64,000 nt of DNA from Octopus vulgaris (taxonomy: Eukaryota), in assembly GCA_951406725.2 (NCBI GenBank), contig OX597822.1, positions 92,070,001 through 92,134,000 of the forward strand. Direction: 5' to 3'. The notes below the pieces were generated by a model that saw only the letters and a list, made by a program, of their open reading frames with translations, searched no databases and was not told the DNA's origin. A program made the translations under genes and the position numbers. Within the stretch, counting starts at the first letter, position 1. Each line of letters begins with the position of its first letter. Of this stretch, positions 36,480-48,212 are shown in pieces.

Positions 36480-38066
36480 ACACCAACTAACATCAAAAAG
36501 TCCTGGCAGTCATTGTAGACACTATTACAAACATATGTGCAAAACACACCCCATTAAGATCTGTAAACAAATCTAAGTGCAGAATCCCTAGAAATAGAAA
36601 AACACTCATCAGGAAAATCAAAAGAATTAACAAAAAAATCAACAAACTGAAATACTCTCAACAGCAACACACCAACCTGACTGCCATCACGTCACTAGAG
36701 ACTAAAAAAACATAACCTCCAAAACAGCATGATGTCTATCATCAATAGTCAGAGATGAGCCGAAGAGGCCTGGGCCATTGAGAAGATCAAACTTAATCCC
36801 AAAGTGTTATTTTCATTTGCAAAAAAACACAAAGTCACTGGCTCTACTGTTGGCCCTCTGTTTGATGAAAATGGCACTCTTCAAGACAATGCCAAAACCA
36901 TGGGAAAGATGCTGCAGAAACAATACTGCTCTGTTTTCAGATATCCTGATATGACTGATCTGGGCTGTATCATTGATGTTACTCCCCAATATACTTTATC
37001 GGACATAACCTTTGGCGCCCCTGATGTCTTAGCAGCAATAAAGAAAATCAAGCATAATTCAGCAGTAGGTCCCGATAGGTTCCCTGCTTGTGTCTTGAAG
37101 ATGTGTCAACACCAACTTGCACCCACTCTAGTTAATCTGTGGCGGAACTCACTGGATGCTGGATATATACCAGAAAACCTATCCCAGTCTGCTGTCCCAG
37201 TTTTCAAAAAAGGAAACAAATTCCTTGCTGTGAATTACTGTCCAATCTCACTCACCTCCCATATCATTAAAGTATTTGAGAGAGTGGTGAGATCGCGAAT
37301 GACTCACTTCCTTGAGAGTCATAATATGCTGAACTCCAACCAGCATGGATTCCGTAATGGAAGGGATTGCCTGGCACAGGCATCATCATTTTGATGACAT
37401 TTTGAGAGCCTTGGGAGAGGGTTCCAACACTGATGTTATCTACCTTGATTTCAGCAAGGCCTTTGACAGGGTTGATCATAAGATCCTTTTGAGAAAGTTG
37501 TCCAATATTGGTGTCACTGGAAAGCTGCTGCAGTGGATCAAATGCTTCCTGTCAAACAGAACCCAACATGTTGTAGTCGAAGGAGTCAAATCCAGCCCAG
37601 ACAAAGTCAGTAGTGGTGTCCCACAAGACACTGTGTTGGGCCCACTTCTCTTCATCATCTACATAAATGACATTACTGATATCATCAAACACAGTAACAT
37701 CAGAATCTTCGCTCATGCTTCCAAGCTCCAGAAGGTCATCAATGGCGTGGATGACCGGATAAGCCTTCAGTCAGACTACTGGCTGTTGTCCAATGGGCGG
37801 AAAAGAACATGTTGCTAAATGAAGACAAATTCGAACTGATCCACTTTGGAAGGAGGACACTCTGAAACACTCATACTCCCTTCCTTCTGGTGAAATTCTC
37901 ATGGCATCTAACAACATCACAGACTTGGGAGTAACAGTGGACAACAACATAAGCTGGGCTACACATATAAGCAATAAAGTTGACATGGTCCGCAGAATGT
38001 GTTCCTGGATTCTCAGAACCTTCCAGTTGAGAGATTCCCACACCATTATCCTTCTCTTCTCCACTT
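36480..38066 (+). mobile_element. CR1-like LINE (second family), linker + RT, frameshifted
   Basis: SAVGPD, PISLTSHIIKVFER, QHGFR, YLDFSKAFDRVDH, SGVPQDTVLGPLLFIIYIND. Confidence 0.93.
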
Positions 38067-38085
38067 TATATATATATATACACAC

Positions 38086-38118
<33 letters not shown>

Positions 38119-38124
38119 TATTTA

Positions 38125-41100
38125 TGTCAGATTACTCTAGAGTGCGACTGGTAACATGTAATTGAGTACAACCTGTTGCATGGTCGGGATGTCGGTGACT
38201 AAACTGACAACCCCACCAGGCTCACTTGGTGAGGAGGGTGCTGTTGGACATCCTGTGGAGTGAAAAATGAGACCCATCAAAGGTTGGATGAACTCCTGAA
38301 CAGTCAACAGCCATCCAACAAAATGCCGGCCTGCCTGCCCAGCCAGTGGGATGACGTCATCTTATGGCTAAAACAGCATGAAGAATGAAGAGAAAAAGAA
38401 AAGGGCCTCAGTTCCCTGCACGTCAATTGGGCCACTCCATGACAGCGGATTACAACCCGAGCAACGTGAGGCTGCTAAGAATCACAGGTTCCCGAGGGCC
38501 GTCATGGAACAGGACTAACCTTGCCATATGCACCTACAACTGCAGGTCCTTGGCAGGGTGGAAAGAACTGAACCACCTAATGGAGGAGAGGAAGAAGATC
38601 AGGTGCGACGTGTTAGGGCTGTGCGAGACATGTTGCAAGAAGGAAGTGAGTATACGATGGCAAGATGGATGCACTGTGAGATTAGGGAGAGCAGAAGGTA
38701 CTAGATTGGTCGGAGGTATCGGATTCATCGTAAGTAAGGAATGGGCTTCGAGGGTCGCTTCTTGTCAGTTCATATCATCATGGATTGGTGTTTTGGTGTT
38801 TTTGTAAAATCTCAGAAAATAATTAAAAATTCACATTTTTTATCAAATTATTTTGTTACCTTCCACAAGTGCCAGTGATGACGACGAGGTGGAAGAATTC
38901 TATCGACAGCTAGACGAAGGGCTGGCTGTGAAGTTCACTTACACTGTCATGATGGGAGACTTCAACGCAAATGTTGGACATGGATGACAAGGGGAAGAGT
39001 ACGTCAGGAGATTCGGCATAGGAGAGAGAAACGAAAGAGGAGAACGTTTGGCTACCATGGCCGAGGCGAGGCGACTCTACATCGGAAAGAGCCTATTGAG
39101 GGAGAGGAAGAGATGGACCTGGATATCGCCGAACTCTAAGCACCGAAGTGAGATTGACTACATCCTGGTTGATAAGCGACTCAAATTACATGACGTCTCC
39201 GTCGTGACACCATTCAACACCGGCAGCGATCATCGTCTGGTGAGGACGAGGGTCGTCATCAACGAGAAGAGGGAGAAGGTGGCGCTGTATTTGGCTTCGA
39301 AGGGAAAACGTGTCCGAGTCTACAATGAGGTGAAGCAGCAGGAAGCCATCATGCAGGAAAACTGGTGCCAAAGAGATGACATAGACAATGACTACATCTC
39401 ACTGATAGGGAAACTGAAGGAGTGTTTAAGGAAGGGTAAGGGAGTATGTTTAAGAGAGAAGAAGGGAAGAATCTCGGAAGAAACTATTAAGTTACTCAAG
39501 AAGAGGAAAGATATGAAGAGGACTATTGAAGATCACCTTGAATATTCCCTTCTCAGCAGAGTGATTCGTCAGCAACTAAAGAGAGACTTTGAGGCATACT
39601 GGATGGAGAAGCTCTTGAAGGCCACAGAGGAAAAGAAGAACCTCAAGAGGGACATGGTACTATATAGATCGGAGGTGATGGCCTTGAAAAATACAGATGG
39701 AATACCAGTCAACGATAAGAGCGAGATGGAAAAAGTTTGCAGAGACTTCTACACCAAGCTCTTTAAATCTACCAGAAATGTCCAGCCGTTACCACCACTC
39801 CAACAGGAAGAAAATGTGCTACCTATCCTTGTCAGTGAGGTTGAAAGAGCCATTGGCTTGATGAAAAACAGAAAGGCGCCAGGGAAAGACGGTATAACAT
39901 CGGATGTATTAAAGTCAGGCAGAGAGCAGCTCTGGAAAATCCTCGCTGAGCGATTCACGCACTATCTAGACGAGGGAAGAATTCCCTCGCAGCGGAAAGA
40001 GTCAAATACCATCCTGCTATATAAGAAGGGCGATAGAGAAGATCTAAAGAACTACCGACCCATATGCCTGCTGTCTCACGTGTACAAGCTGTTCACAAAG
40101 ATAATTCTGAACAGGTTATCACGACATCTCGACAAACAACCGAGGGAACAAGCAGGCTTCCGGAAGAACTACAGCACGATGGACCATATATTTACTCTAA
40201 CACAACTGCTTGAGCGAGTGAATGAGTACAAGCTGCCTCTTTGCATTGCGTTTGTAGACTATGAGAAGGCCTTCGACAGCATCAAAACCAACACAGTGCT
40301 GAACTCGCTGCAGAGGCAAGGAGTCGAGGCGCAATGTGTGCAACTGCTCAGGGAGGCAAATTCCGGATGCACCACTGACATAGCTCTGCTGTTATCACCC
40401 GTACAAGTGCCGGTCGAGAAGGGAGTGAAGCAAAGAGATACGATCTCTCCAAAACTTTTCACCGCATGTCTCGAGCAGATCATCAGAGGCATCGACTGGC
40501 AAGGCGGTGTCAACATCAATGGCGAGCTCCTCATCCACCTCTGTTTCGCTGACAACATCGTAATCATCACTGAAACATGGATCAGCTTCAGACCATGCTG
40601 ACGGAGATCAACATCAAAAGCTCTGCAGTAGGTCTCGATGAACCGTATGAAAACGAAGTTCATGCGGTCAGACAATGTACCAACAGGTCGAATGGTGATC
40701 GGCAGTGATGAAATAGAGGAAGTAAAGGAATATGTCTACCTGGGACAGGAAGTGAAAATGTGCCGAGATATCGAAAAGGAGATCTCATGGAGAGTAAGGG
40801 CCGGATGGAAGGCATTTAATGGCATAAGGGATGTGCTCAAGGGAAGGTTGGACAGGACCACCTGTGCCAAACTCATCAACAGTTCTACCTGCAATGTTAT
40901 ATGGTAGTGAAACATGGGCTACAACAAAGTGAGAAGAGCAGATACTAGTAATGGTTCAAACAGCCATGGAAAGGTCAATGCTTGGAATCTCGTTGAGAGA
41001 GCACATCAGTAGCAAGGTTATCAGAGAGAAGTCCGGCGTGAGGGATGTCATCGCAGAATATACATGCAGCAAGTTTAGATGGGCTGGAAATATCGCCCGG

Positions 41101-41313
41101 CTCACCAATAATCGGTGGACCCGCACAGTTGTTGAGTGGTACCCACACGAGCGGATACAAGCACTCGGAAGGCCTCCACGACAGTAGAGTTACTATTTCA
41201 GGAGGATGATTGGGATCATATGGATGAGAAAGGCGCGATCCGGAGAGGAGTAGACAGTGTGCTGTGACCAGTGGTGTCAAATGGACGCCAAGACGGACTG
41301 GTTGGTCAAGGTG

Positions 41314-41315
<2 letters not shown>
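38125..41315 (+). mobile_element. Near full-length degenerate RTE LINE (family B), flanked by (TA)n
   Basis: TYNCRSL, GLCET, GGIGF, GDFNA, EIDYIL, SDHRLV, DYEKAFDSI, GVKQRDTISPKLF, FADNI, YVYLG, KFRWAG. Confidence 0.95.
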
Positions 41316-41344
<29 letters not shown>

Positions 41345-41473
41345 TGGCCGAACTTGCGAGGATGATCCGGTTCTTGACTGAAGATTAGAGGCTTCGAATG
41401 ACCCGTCCGTTTTTTTGTGTCGTCTATTTGAATGTTTTGCTTTCTTGTCCCATTTTGTATTTTTATATTTTTT

Positions 41474-41534
<61 letters not shown>

Positions 41535-42129
41535 TATATATATATATTCTTCCGCTTTTGTAGAAGAAAGACCTGTTTTCTTTCGCTCTCTGAAACCACC
41601 AAAAAGGGGTTGCATGGTTGCATAAATCGACGAAATAATCTACTAAATCTGACAAAAACGTAGAACTTGTTATCTCAAAACGGTCTACAAAAATATATTA
41701 ATTAAAAACCGTAATATATTTCGCTTCAAGTCAAATATAATACATTAAAGTCAGTTATGCATGTGAGATTTTTTGTCGAAAATGCACGTGGTGGCAAGTC
41801 GTACGCTTATTTCCAGCCGAATGTAAGAAGCAAAAAGAATTGTTTTCTTTTCTGTTTTGAAAGAAAACTTCTTCGTACAAGAACAAGGATTTGGAATTTT
41901 ACCTCTTGCGAATAAGTATCTTTTTCGTTTGTTTATTTTCCTTTAATTCAAGGTAACATCCGAGTTACGACTTCATCTTTGTTTACTCTCTGAGAATAAT
42001 TTTCTTTCAACTTCTGTTACAGCATCCACTTCGCTTTCAATCTATTTTTCACTTTATCTCTTTAAAATTATTTAGAAATATAATCGTAATTAGTTTAGAA
42101 TTATATATTTTTTTCGTTTCCCCACTTTC

Positions 42130-42760
42130 TTAATATCTGCGTCTTCCTCTCTCTTTCCTTACATATATCTCCCCCATTTCCAGCTCCTCTCTCCCTTCTT
42201 TTATCTCTCTTTACGCCTACTCTTTCCCTCTCTCTTGCATATCTTACTCTTTTTCTCATCCCTCTCCTTCCCTTTCATATCCTCCTCTTTTCTCACTTCT
42301 CTTTCCTTTCCATCTCACATCTACCTCTCCTCCTATCACCTCACCCTCTCACTCATATACTTCTCATTTGCCCATTCTTCTCACTCCATTTCTCCCTCAC
42401 TCTGTCTCTCTTTCTCTTGCTATCCTCTCCCTCCCTCTGTCTCTCTTTCTCTTTCCCTCCTCTCCTTCACTCTGCCTCTCTTTCTCTTCCCCTCTTCTCC
42501 TTCACTCTGTCTCTCTTTCTATTCCCCTCCTCTCCCTCACATTGTCTCTCTTTCTCTCCCTTTCCTCTACATTCCTCTGTCTCTTTAACACACCACACTT
42601 CCTTGCTTTCCTCATATCACCCTCTCTATTTCTTTCATAGCACCTCTCTCTTTCCTTCATATCTCCCTCTTTCTTTCCCTATTTCCCCCCTCTGTGTTTC
42701 TCCATCTCTACCTCCCTGTATCTCTCATTACCTCTCTAGCCTCTACTCCCCCTCTGGGCT
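42130..42760 (+). repeat. Long pyrimidine-rich (CT) low-complexity tract, probably the CR1 5' UTR
   Basis: Nearly pure C/T run with repeated CTCTGTCTCTCTTTCT, ending just before the ORF1 ATG. Confidence 0.8.
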
Positions 42761-42772
42761 TAAAAAACGAAG

Positions 42773-44130
42773 ATGGCACCAAAGTGGGAGAAGAAAGAAT
42801 TAAATCTTCTGCTACGAGCATGGATGATTGCTAGTGGCGATCTGCCAAACAACATCATCACTGCTGTACTAAAGAACAATGGCTTTCACAGAACCATTGA
42901 CCAGATAGAGCAGAAGAAGAGTGAATTTATCCGGTCTTATATGCTTATAAGACCACACATCAACACCTTGGATAACATAATCAAAAATTATTGTGGCAAG
43001 GCTAATAAGGATGGAGAAGACGAAAAAGAAAAGGAAACAAAACCCGGAAGCCTCTGTAATCCAGAGGTTCCACAAGAAAATGGATCACCTACTCCGGTGA
43101 ACGACCAAGCAGAGAAGGATAGGGGAGCCTAGGGAGCAGTAACTGGAAGCCCCCCTGTGCCAGTGGTCCTACAAAGGAACGGAGACCTCACCCCATTAGA
43201 AAAACAGAAGAAAAAAGGAAGGATGGAAAACAAAAATAAATAAAGAAAGAAAGGAAAAGGAAAAGGCAAAACAACCAAAACCGAAACCCCAACCCACCAA
43301 ACAAACAACAGAAAACCCCATGTAGGATCCAATACCATCCAAAGCCCTACAGGAAAGAAGAAATCTGGAAGGCACCCAAGAACCTGTATATTTTACCTGC
43401 AGGGCAAATGCTGGCATGGGGAGGATGGCAAAAACTGCCAGTTTTCCCACCCGACACCCTGCCAGAACTACAGGGGCCTTAAAGAGAAAAGCTTTACTGA
43501 GGAAAGACAAGAACTGTCTCCCAGGAAAACATTCAGAAAAGAAGTGTGCTCCTGAGATGTTCTGCGCAACGCAGCAGCTAGGCAGGAGTCTTTTTTGTGC
43601 ATGGTGCAAAGGATTGTCCAGCAGCTGACCTGGCTACACCAAGCACAAAGAAGGAACCTTGCCCACCACTATGCAAAACCACCACAGTCAACAGACACGG
43701 GGTGGCCTCCCCTAATGCATGCACAGTCGTCACCCCAATATTTTTACTAAATATTGGGGGTCTGTTGCATCAAAATAACAAAATTTCTTTCCTGAGAGAT
43801 CTTACTGCATGCAATCAAGCCCTATGCATAGCACTCGTGGAAACTCACCTCAGCCTTGATATAGAGGACGCAGAAGTACACGTACCAAACTGCGAACAGA
43901 CAGAAGGGAAAGGAGCCACGGTGGAGTTGCTGTATACATCCGTGATGACCTCACACCCCAGGTCTTACTGGCATACTCAAATTCGGTATGTGACACTCTA
44001 ATTGTATACATAAGACAACATAATATAGTCATATGCAATACATATTGCCCACCGGATGCCCCAAACTACATAGGCAAATTTGAAGATTGCCTCACAAGAA
44101 TTAAAGAAATCCTCATGAATCTGGAACCAC
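42773..44130 (+). mobile_element. CR1-like LINE (family C) 5' part: complete ORF1 frame 42773-43750 (3 premature stops) and ORF2 APE start
   Basis: MAPKWEKKELNLLLRAW..GFHRTIDQI (Myb/SANT-like), CIFYLQGKCWHGEDGKNCQFSH, QESFLCMVQRIVQQLTWLHQ. APE LNIGGL, ETHL homologous to 732-2189. Confidence 0.92.
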
Positions 44131-44299
44131 TAAGGTCTGAATAAAAATAACTTTTAGCCATAGCTATCTCTTGACTTTATTGAGAGAAAGCACAACTTGA
44201 AACTGCTGCCAAAGCAGCACAAAACAATAATTCAAATAACAGCAACTTCAACCACTAATCAAACTTCAACTAAACTTTAACTCACCAGACGCCAAATGC

Positions 44300-47245
44300 C
44301 ATAATGGCAAGTGGTAGGATATTGCGAAGGAAATGGCGAAAGACTTAGGTATGTATGGAGTTGGGGGTCTACCGGATAGCAATGATACAGAGGAACGGGT
44401 GTGAGGACAGGCATAATGTATGAAAGAGTTACATGTGGGTGGAACACACAGATCAGGAGCTAGCAGAGGGTAGAGTGAGATAGGGCATGTGGGTAGAACA
44501 CACAGGTCGGGGGCAAATGGAGAGCAATGATACAGTGGTACAGGGTCAAGAGGATAGGATTGAGGAGTGGGAGGTAATCACAGTACATGAAGCAGAAATG
44601 TGAAGAAAAGAAGAGATGTAGAGACGTAGTTTGGTTTGTTGTGGTAGAGTGTGTGAGAAGTTTTCTTGTTAAGTGTGGATGGGACACAGTGCTTCTAGAA
44701 CTCAGTTTCCCTGACATGAGCGGGTCTTCTCAAGAACTTCATGTTGCCAGATATCTTGGTCTATTGTCATTTCTTCTGTGAATCCCAACTTCCTGAGATT
44801 GGTCCTTACCACTTCATCCCATGCCTTCCTGGGTCTCCATCTTCCACAGGTACCATTCACTTTCAGTGATTGGCACTTCTTTATGCATCTGTCCTCATTC
44901 ATATGCATCACATGTTCAAACCTGCATAGTCTTCTCTCTTGTATGCTACATTTGATTCCTCTTATGTCCAACTTTTCTCTCAATACATTTATACTTTGCT
45001 GTACATGTGCACAAATGTTGCACATCCAACAGAGCATACTACCTTCATTTCTCTCCAGTCTATGCATGTCTTTTGCATTCAGAGCCCATGTCTTATTACC
45101 ATGGCGTATAGCCGTTCATACACAAGCATCATATAGTTTATCTTCCATTATGAGGGAGAGTCCTTTTGTTGCCATCAAAGGTAATAGTTCTCTGAACTTC
45201 CTCCGCCCAATTCTTATTCTAGAAACAATACTTTCAGAGCATCCTCCACCATTGCTAATTTGATCACCTAGGTAACAGAAACTATCTACAACCTCAAGAG
45301 AGTCTCCTAGGCATTTGAGAGAATCTAAATCCTGTGTGCTCTTAGTGCTTTTTGTTCCTGCACATCTGCCACATACAAACACTGCTTTATCTGTTAATCT
45401 ACCTTGTGATTCCACTGCATTTCTTATAAACCCATAGTTTACACTGGGTGCAGCAAATGGAATTTTTTCTAACTCCTTTCCTACATATGGAGCAAGGCCA
45501 TTTGCTTGACTGAAAGGAAGTTTTATCTTCTTTCTTACTAATAATCACTTTTGTCTTAGCTAGGTTAACTTAAAGTTAACCTAGCAAAGTTATCCTTTGA
45601 TTCCAGGTTTTGTTTCCATACCTGGGATTTCTTCTCCACTTTGTTAAAGATTCTGTAATAAGAGCAAGGTCATCAGCATATAGCAGTTCCCACGGACACC
45701 AAGTCTTGAATTCCTCTGTTATAGCCTGGAGGACTATAATGAATAAGAGTGGGCTGAGAACTGAGCCCTGGTGAATCCCTACCAGAACACTGAATTCATC
45801 ACTGTATTCATGGCTTGGGCAACACTAACAAGCCTCTCCTCTCCTCCTAACTTCCTTAGAGACCACCATATAACAGAGCAGGGAACTCTGTCAAAAGCTT
45901 TCTCCAGGTTGACGAAGGCTAACTACAATGGCTTACTTTTGGCCAAGTGCTTTTCCTGCAGCTGTCTCACTAGGAAGATAGCATCTGTGATACTCTTTCC
46001 AGGTACAAAACAAAACTGCATTTCATCCAGTTTAATTCTATTTCTAATCAATTGAGCTATGACCTTCTCAGTAATTTTCATGACTTGGTCTAGCAGTTTA
46101 ATACCTTTGTAGTTGTTTCCATCTAAGGCATCACCTTTGCCCTTGTAGCAGCTAACCATAATGCTACTACACCAGTCGCTGGGGATGGTGCCTTCCTGAA
46201 TAACCTGATTAACTATACGGGGGACTAAGCTGTATCCTATGCAACCAGAAATTTTAATCATCTTAGCAGTGATTCTTGATGGCCCAGGAGCTTTCCCTGC
46301 CTTCATGTCCTTAACTGCCTTATCTATTATGCTACTATCACCTCTCCCTCAATTGGTTTGATATTTGGTAAACTCTCCTTCTCCCATTCATTTTCCACAT
46401 TCAGTAACCTTTCATAGTGACACTTCCATGCATCTTTCTTCTCTGAGTCACTAAGTGAAAGCATACCATTATCCATTTGCACACATTTCTCACCTACCAC
46501 ATCTCTATTTTCTCTGATATACTACTTTGCAATCCTGAACACCTCATGCCTCTGATCCTCATGTTGTAGGACATTTGCAATTCTGTTACCTTCAGCTACT
46601 CCTTTTGCTATATATACCTGATGCCTAGCTGCCTTTTGGCTACCTGATATAATTCTCTGCTTCTACTGTTTTTCCAGTCTTTCCAGGCCTGTCTTTTTGC
46701 TTTTATAACACTGTCAACCTCCTTGCTCCATTAAAATATCACCCTTCATCTAGCTGGGACTCTGCACCAACCACAGATTTCGTCCATAGCCCTCAGTAGA
46801 TTGTCCCTCAAGAACTTCCAGTTATTCTCTAAGCTATATGTCTCCAACCCTTCCTCTCTTTCATCAGAAGCTTCCACAAGTAAATATCTAAATTTTTCTC
46901 TGCTGGGTCTTTGAGCTTCCATAGTCTTCTTTTCCAGATTGGTTTACTTCTCCGAATCTTTCTAGCTCTAATTCTGAAGTAACTAACTAATAACCTGTGT
47001 TGGGTTGTATACTTTTAACCTGGAAAAGACTTTGCATTTTTAAGCATCCATCTATCTTGTTGCCTGGTGAAAAGGTAGGCAAACTGACTTACGTGCTCAC
47101 CAGACTGATAAGTAGTTAAATGGTTGGCTGGTTTATTCAAGTTAGTGTTGCAGATCATGAGATCATTTGCATTGCAGAACTCCCACAGTTTAGTTCCCTC
47201 CTCATTTCTAGGTCCAAAACCATACCCTCCATGCACTCCCTGGAA
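44300..47245 (-). mobile_element. Degenerate RTE family A relative (mid-APE to 3' UTR)
   Basis: GVHGGYGFGPRNEEG, KAPGP, YKGIKLL, YADD at about 45670, LEVVDSFCYLG, RPRKAWDEVVR. Confidence 0.93.
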
Positions 47246-47346
47246 TCCACGAGAGTGCTTGCGTCTGAAAAATATCATCCATAATTCTCAGGGAAAATTA
47301 AATACCTCAACAAAAAAGAAACAAAAATCTTAAGAAAGTTCTAAAA

Positions 47347-47465
47347 TATGGGAGACTTGTTAGCTGGGATAGTTGAGTTGCAAAAACAGCAACAACAACA
47401 ACTCGAGGAACAATGAGAACAACAACAAGGATTGCAGCAGCAAATGTTACAACAAATGAGGCAGC
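47347..47465 (+). mobile_element. Gypsy gag N-terminal fragment (Gln-rich coiled coil)
   Basis: MGDLLAGIVELQKQQQQQLEEQ resembles MENLLAAVVQLLEKQQEQLQ at 60262. Confidence 0.5.
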
Positions 47466-47851
47466 TTACCTTAGGGTGTGGGAACAGGTGCCAGTAGCTT
47501 TTGTGAACCACCTTATGCACTCCATATCCCGACGGTGTATGGCTGTTTTGAACACTCAGAGAGGGCATATATGGTATTGAACATGTCACGCCCTAGAATC
47601 TCGATGTGTTGGATCCGCTCACTACCAGAACACATGACAACGACCCTTAGACTGTAGTCAAAGTGCATCCAAGAAATTGACTTTATTAGATTTATCAAAA
47701 TTTATCTCTTACATAATGAAATTTAAATATATTTCACAGTCACACATGTCTCACATTTCTTTTGCAATTCAGTGTAGTTTTGCACTCTGTAGAAGGTAAA
47801 ACTAAAACTTCTGTATTCAGATTGGATTTAGATGACATAAATGGTACACTC

Positions 47852-48022
47852 ACGGTACACTCACGGAGTGGTTGGCGTTAGGAAGGGCATCCAGCTGTAG
47901 AAACATTGCCAAATTTAGACTGGAGCCTGGTGCAGCCTTCTGGCTTCCCAGAACCCCGGTCGAACCGTCCAACCCATGCTAGCATGGAGAACGGACGTTA
48001 AACGACGATGATGATGATGATG
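47852..48022 (+). mobile_element. Young RTE family A 3' tail
   Basis: GGTTGGCGTTAGGAAGGGCATCCAGCTGTAGAAAC..CCCATGCTAGCATGG..GGACGTTAAACGACGATGATG with CpGs retained. Confidence 0.9.
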
Positions 48023-48149
48023 AAATGGTTCTGTGTCTTTAAATGAGAAATTGTAGAAGTTTTGTTTCTAAAGATTACAGTAATCTTTATCATATTTATT
48101 CCTGGAAATTATGTAAATATGTTTACTTTTGTTTGTTGAATAAGCATTT

Positions 48150-48212
48150 TTATAGTTTTTATGGTTTTTGTTTTTTAGGTAAGTTCCTGTTGCATGTTGC
48201 TGTGTGGTGAGT
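48150..48212 (+). promoter_or_regulatory. Candidate recursive splice site (TAG|GTAAGT at 48178/48179) with 28-nt RS-exon-like segment
   Basis: U-rich tract TTTTTATGGTTTTTGTTTTTTAG|GTAAGT; second donor TG|GTGAGT at 48206/48207. Confidence 0.5.

Noticed and set aside
41925-41960. Third possible AG|GT site (TTCAAG|GTAACA)
   Set aside because: AAG acceptor and weak donor; within chance expectation.
47341-47589. Cys-rich minus-strand ORF or poly-Q host exon
   Set aside because: A CAA/CAG-rich stretch resembling the Gypsy gag start at 60262, with an internal stop on the + strand.
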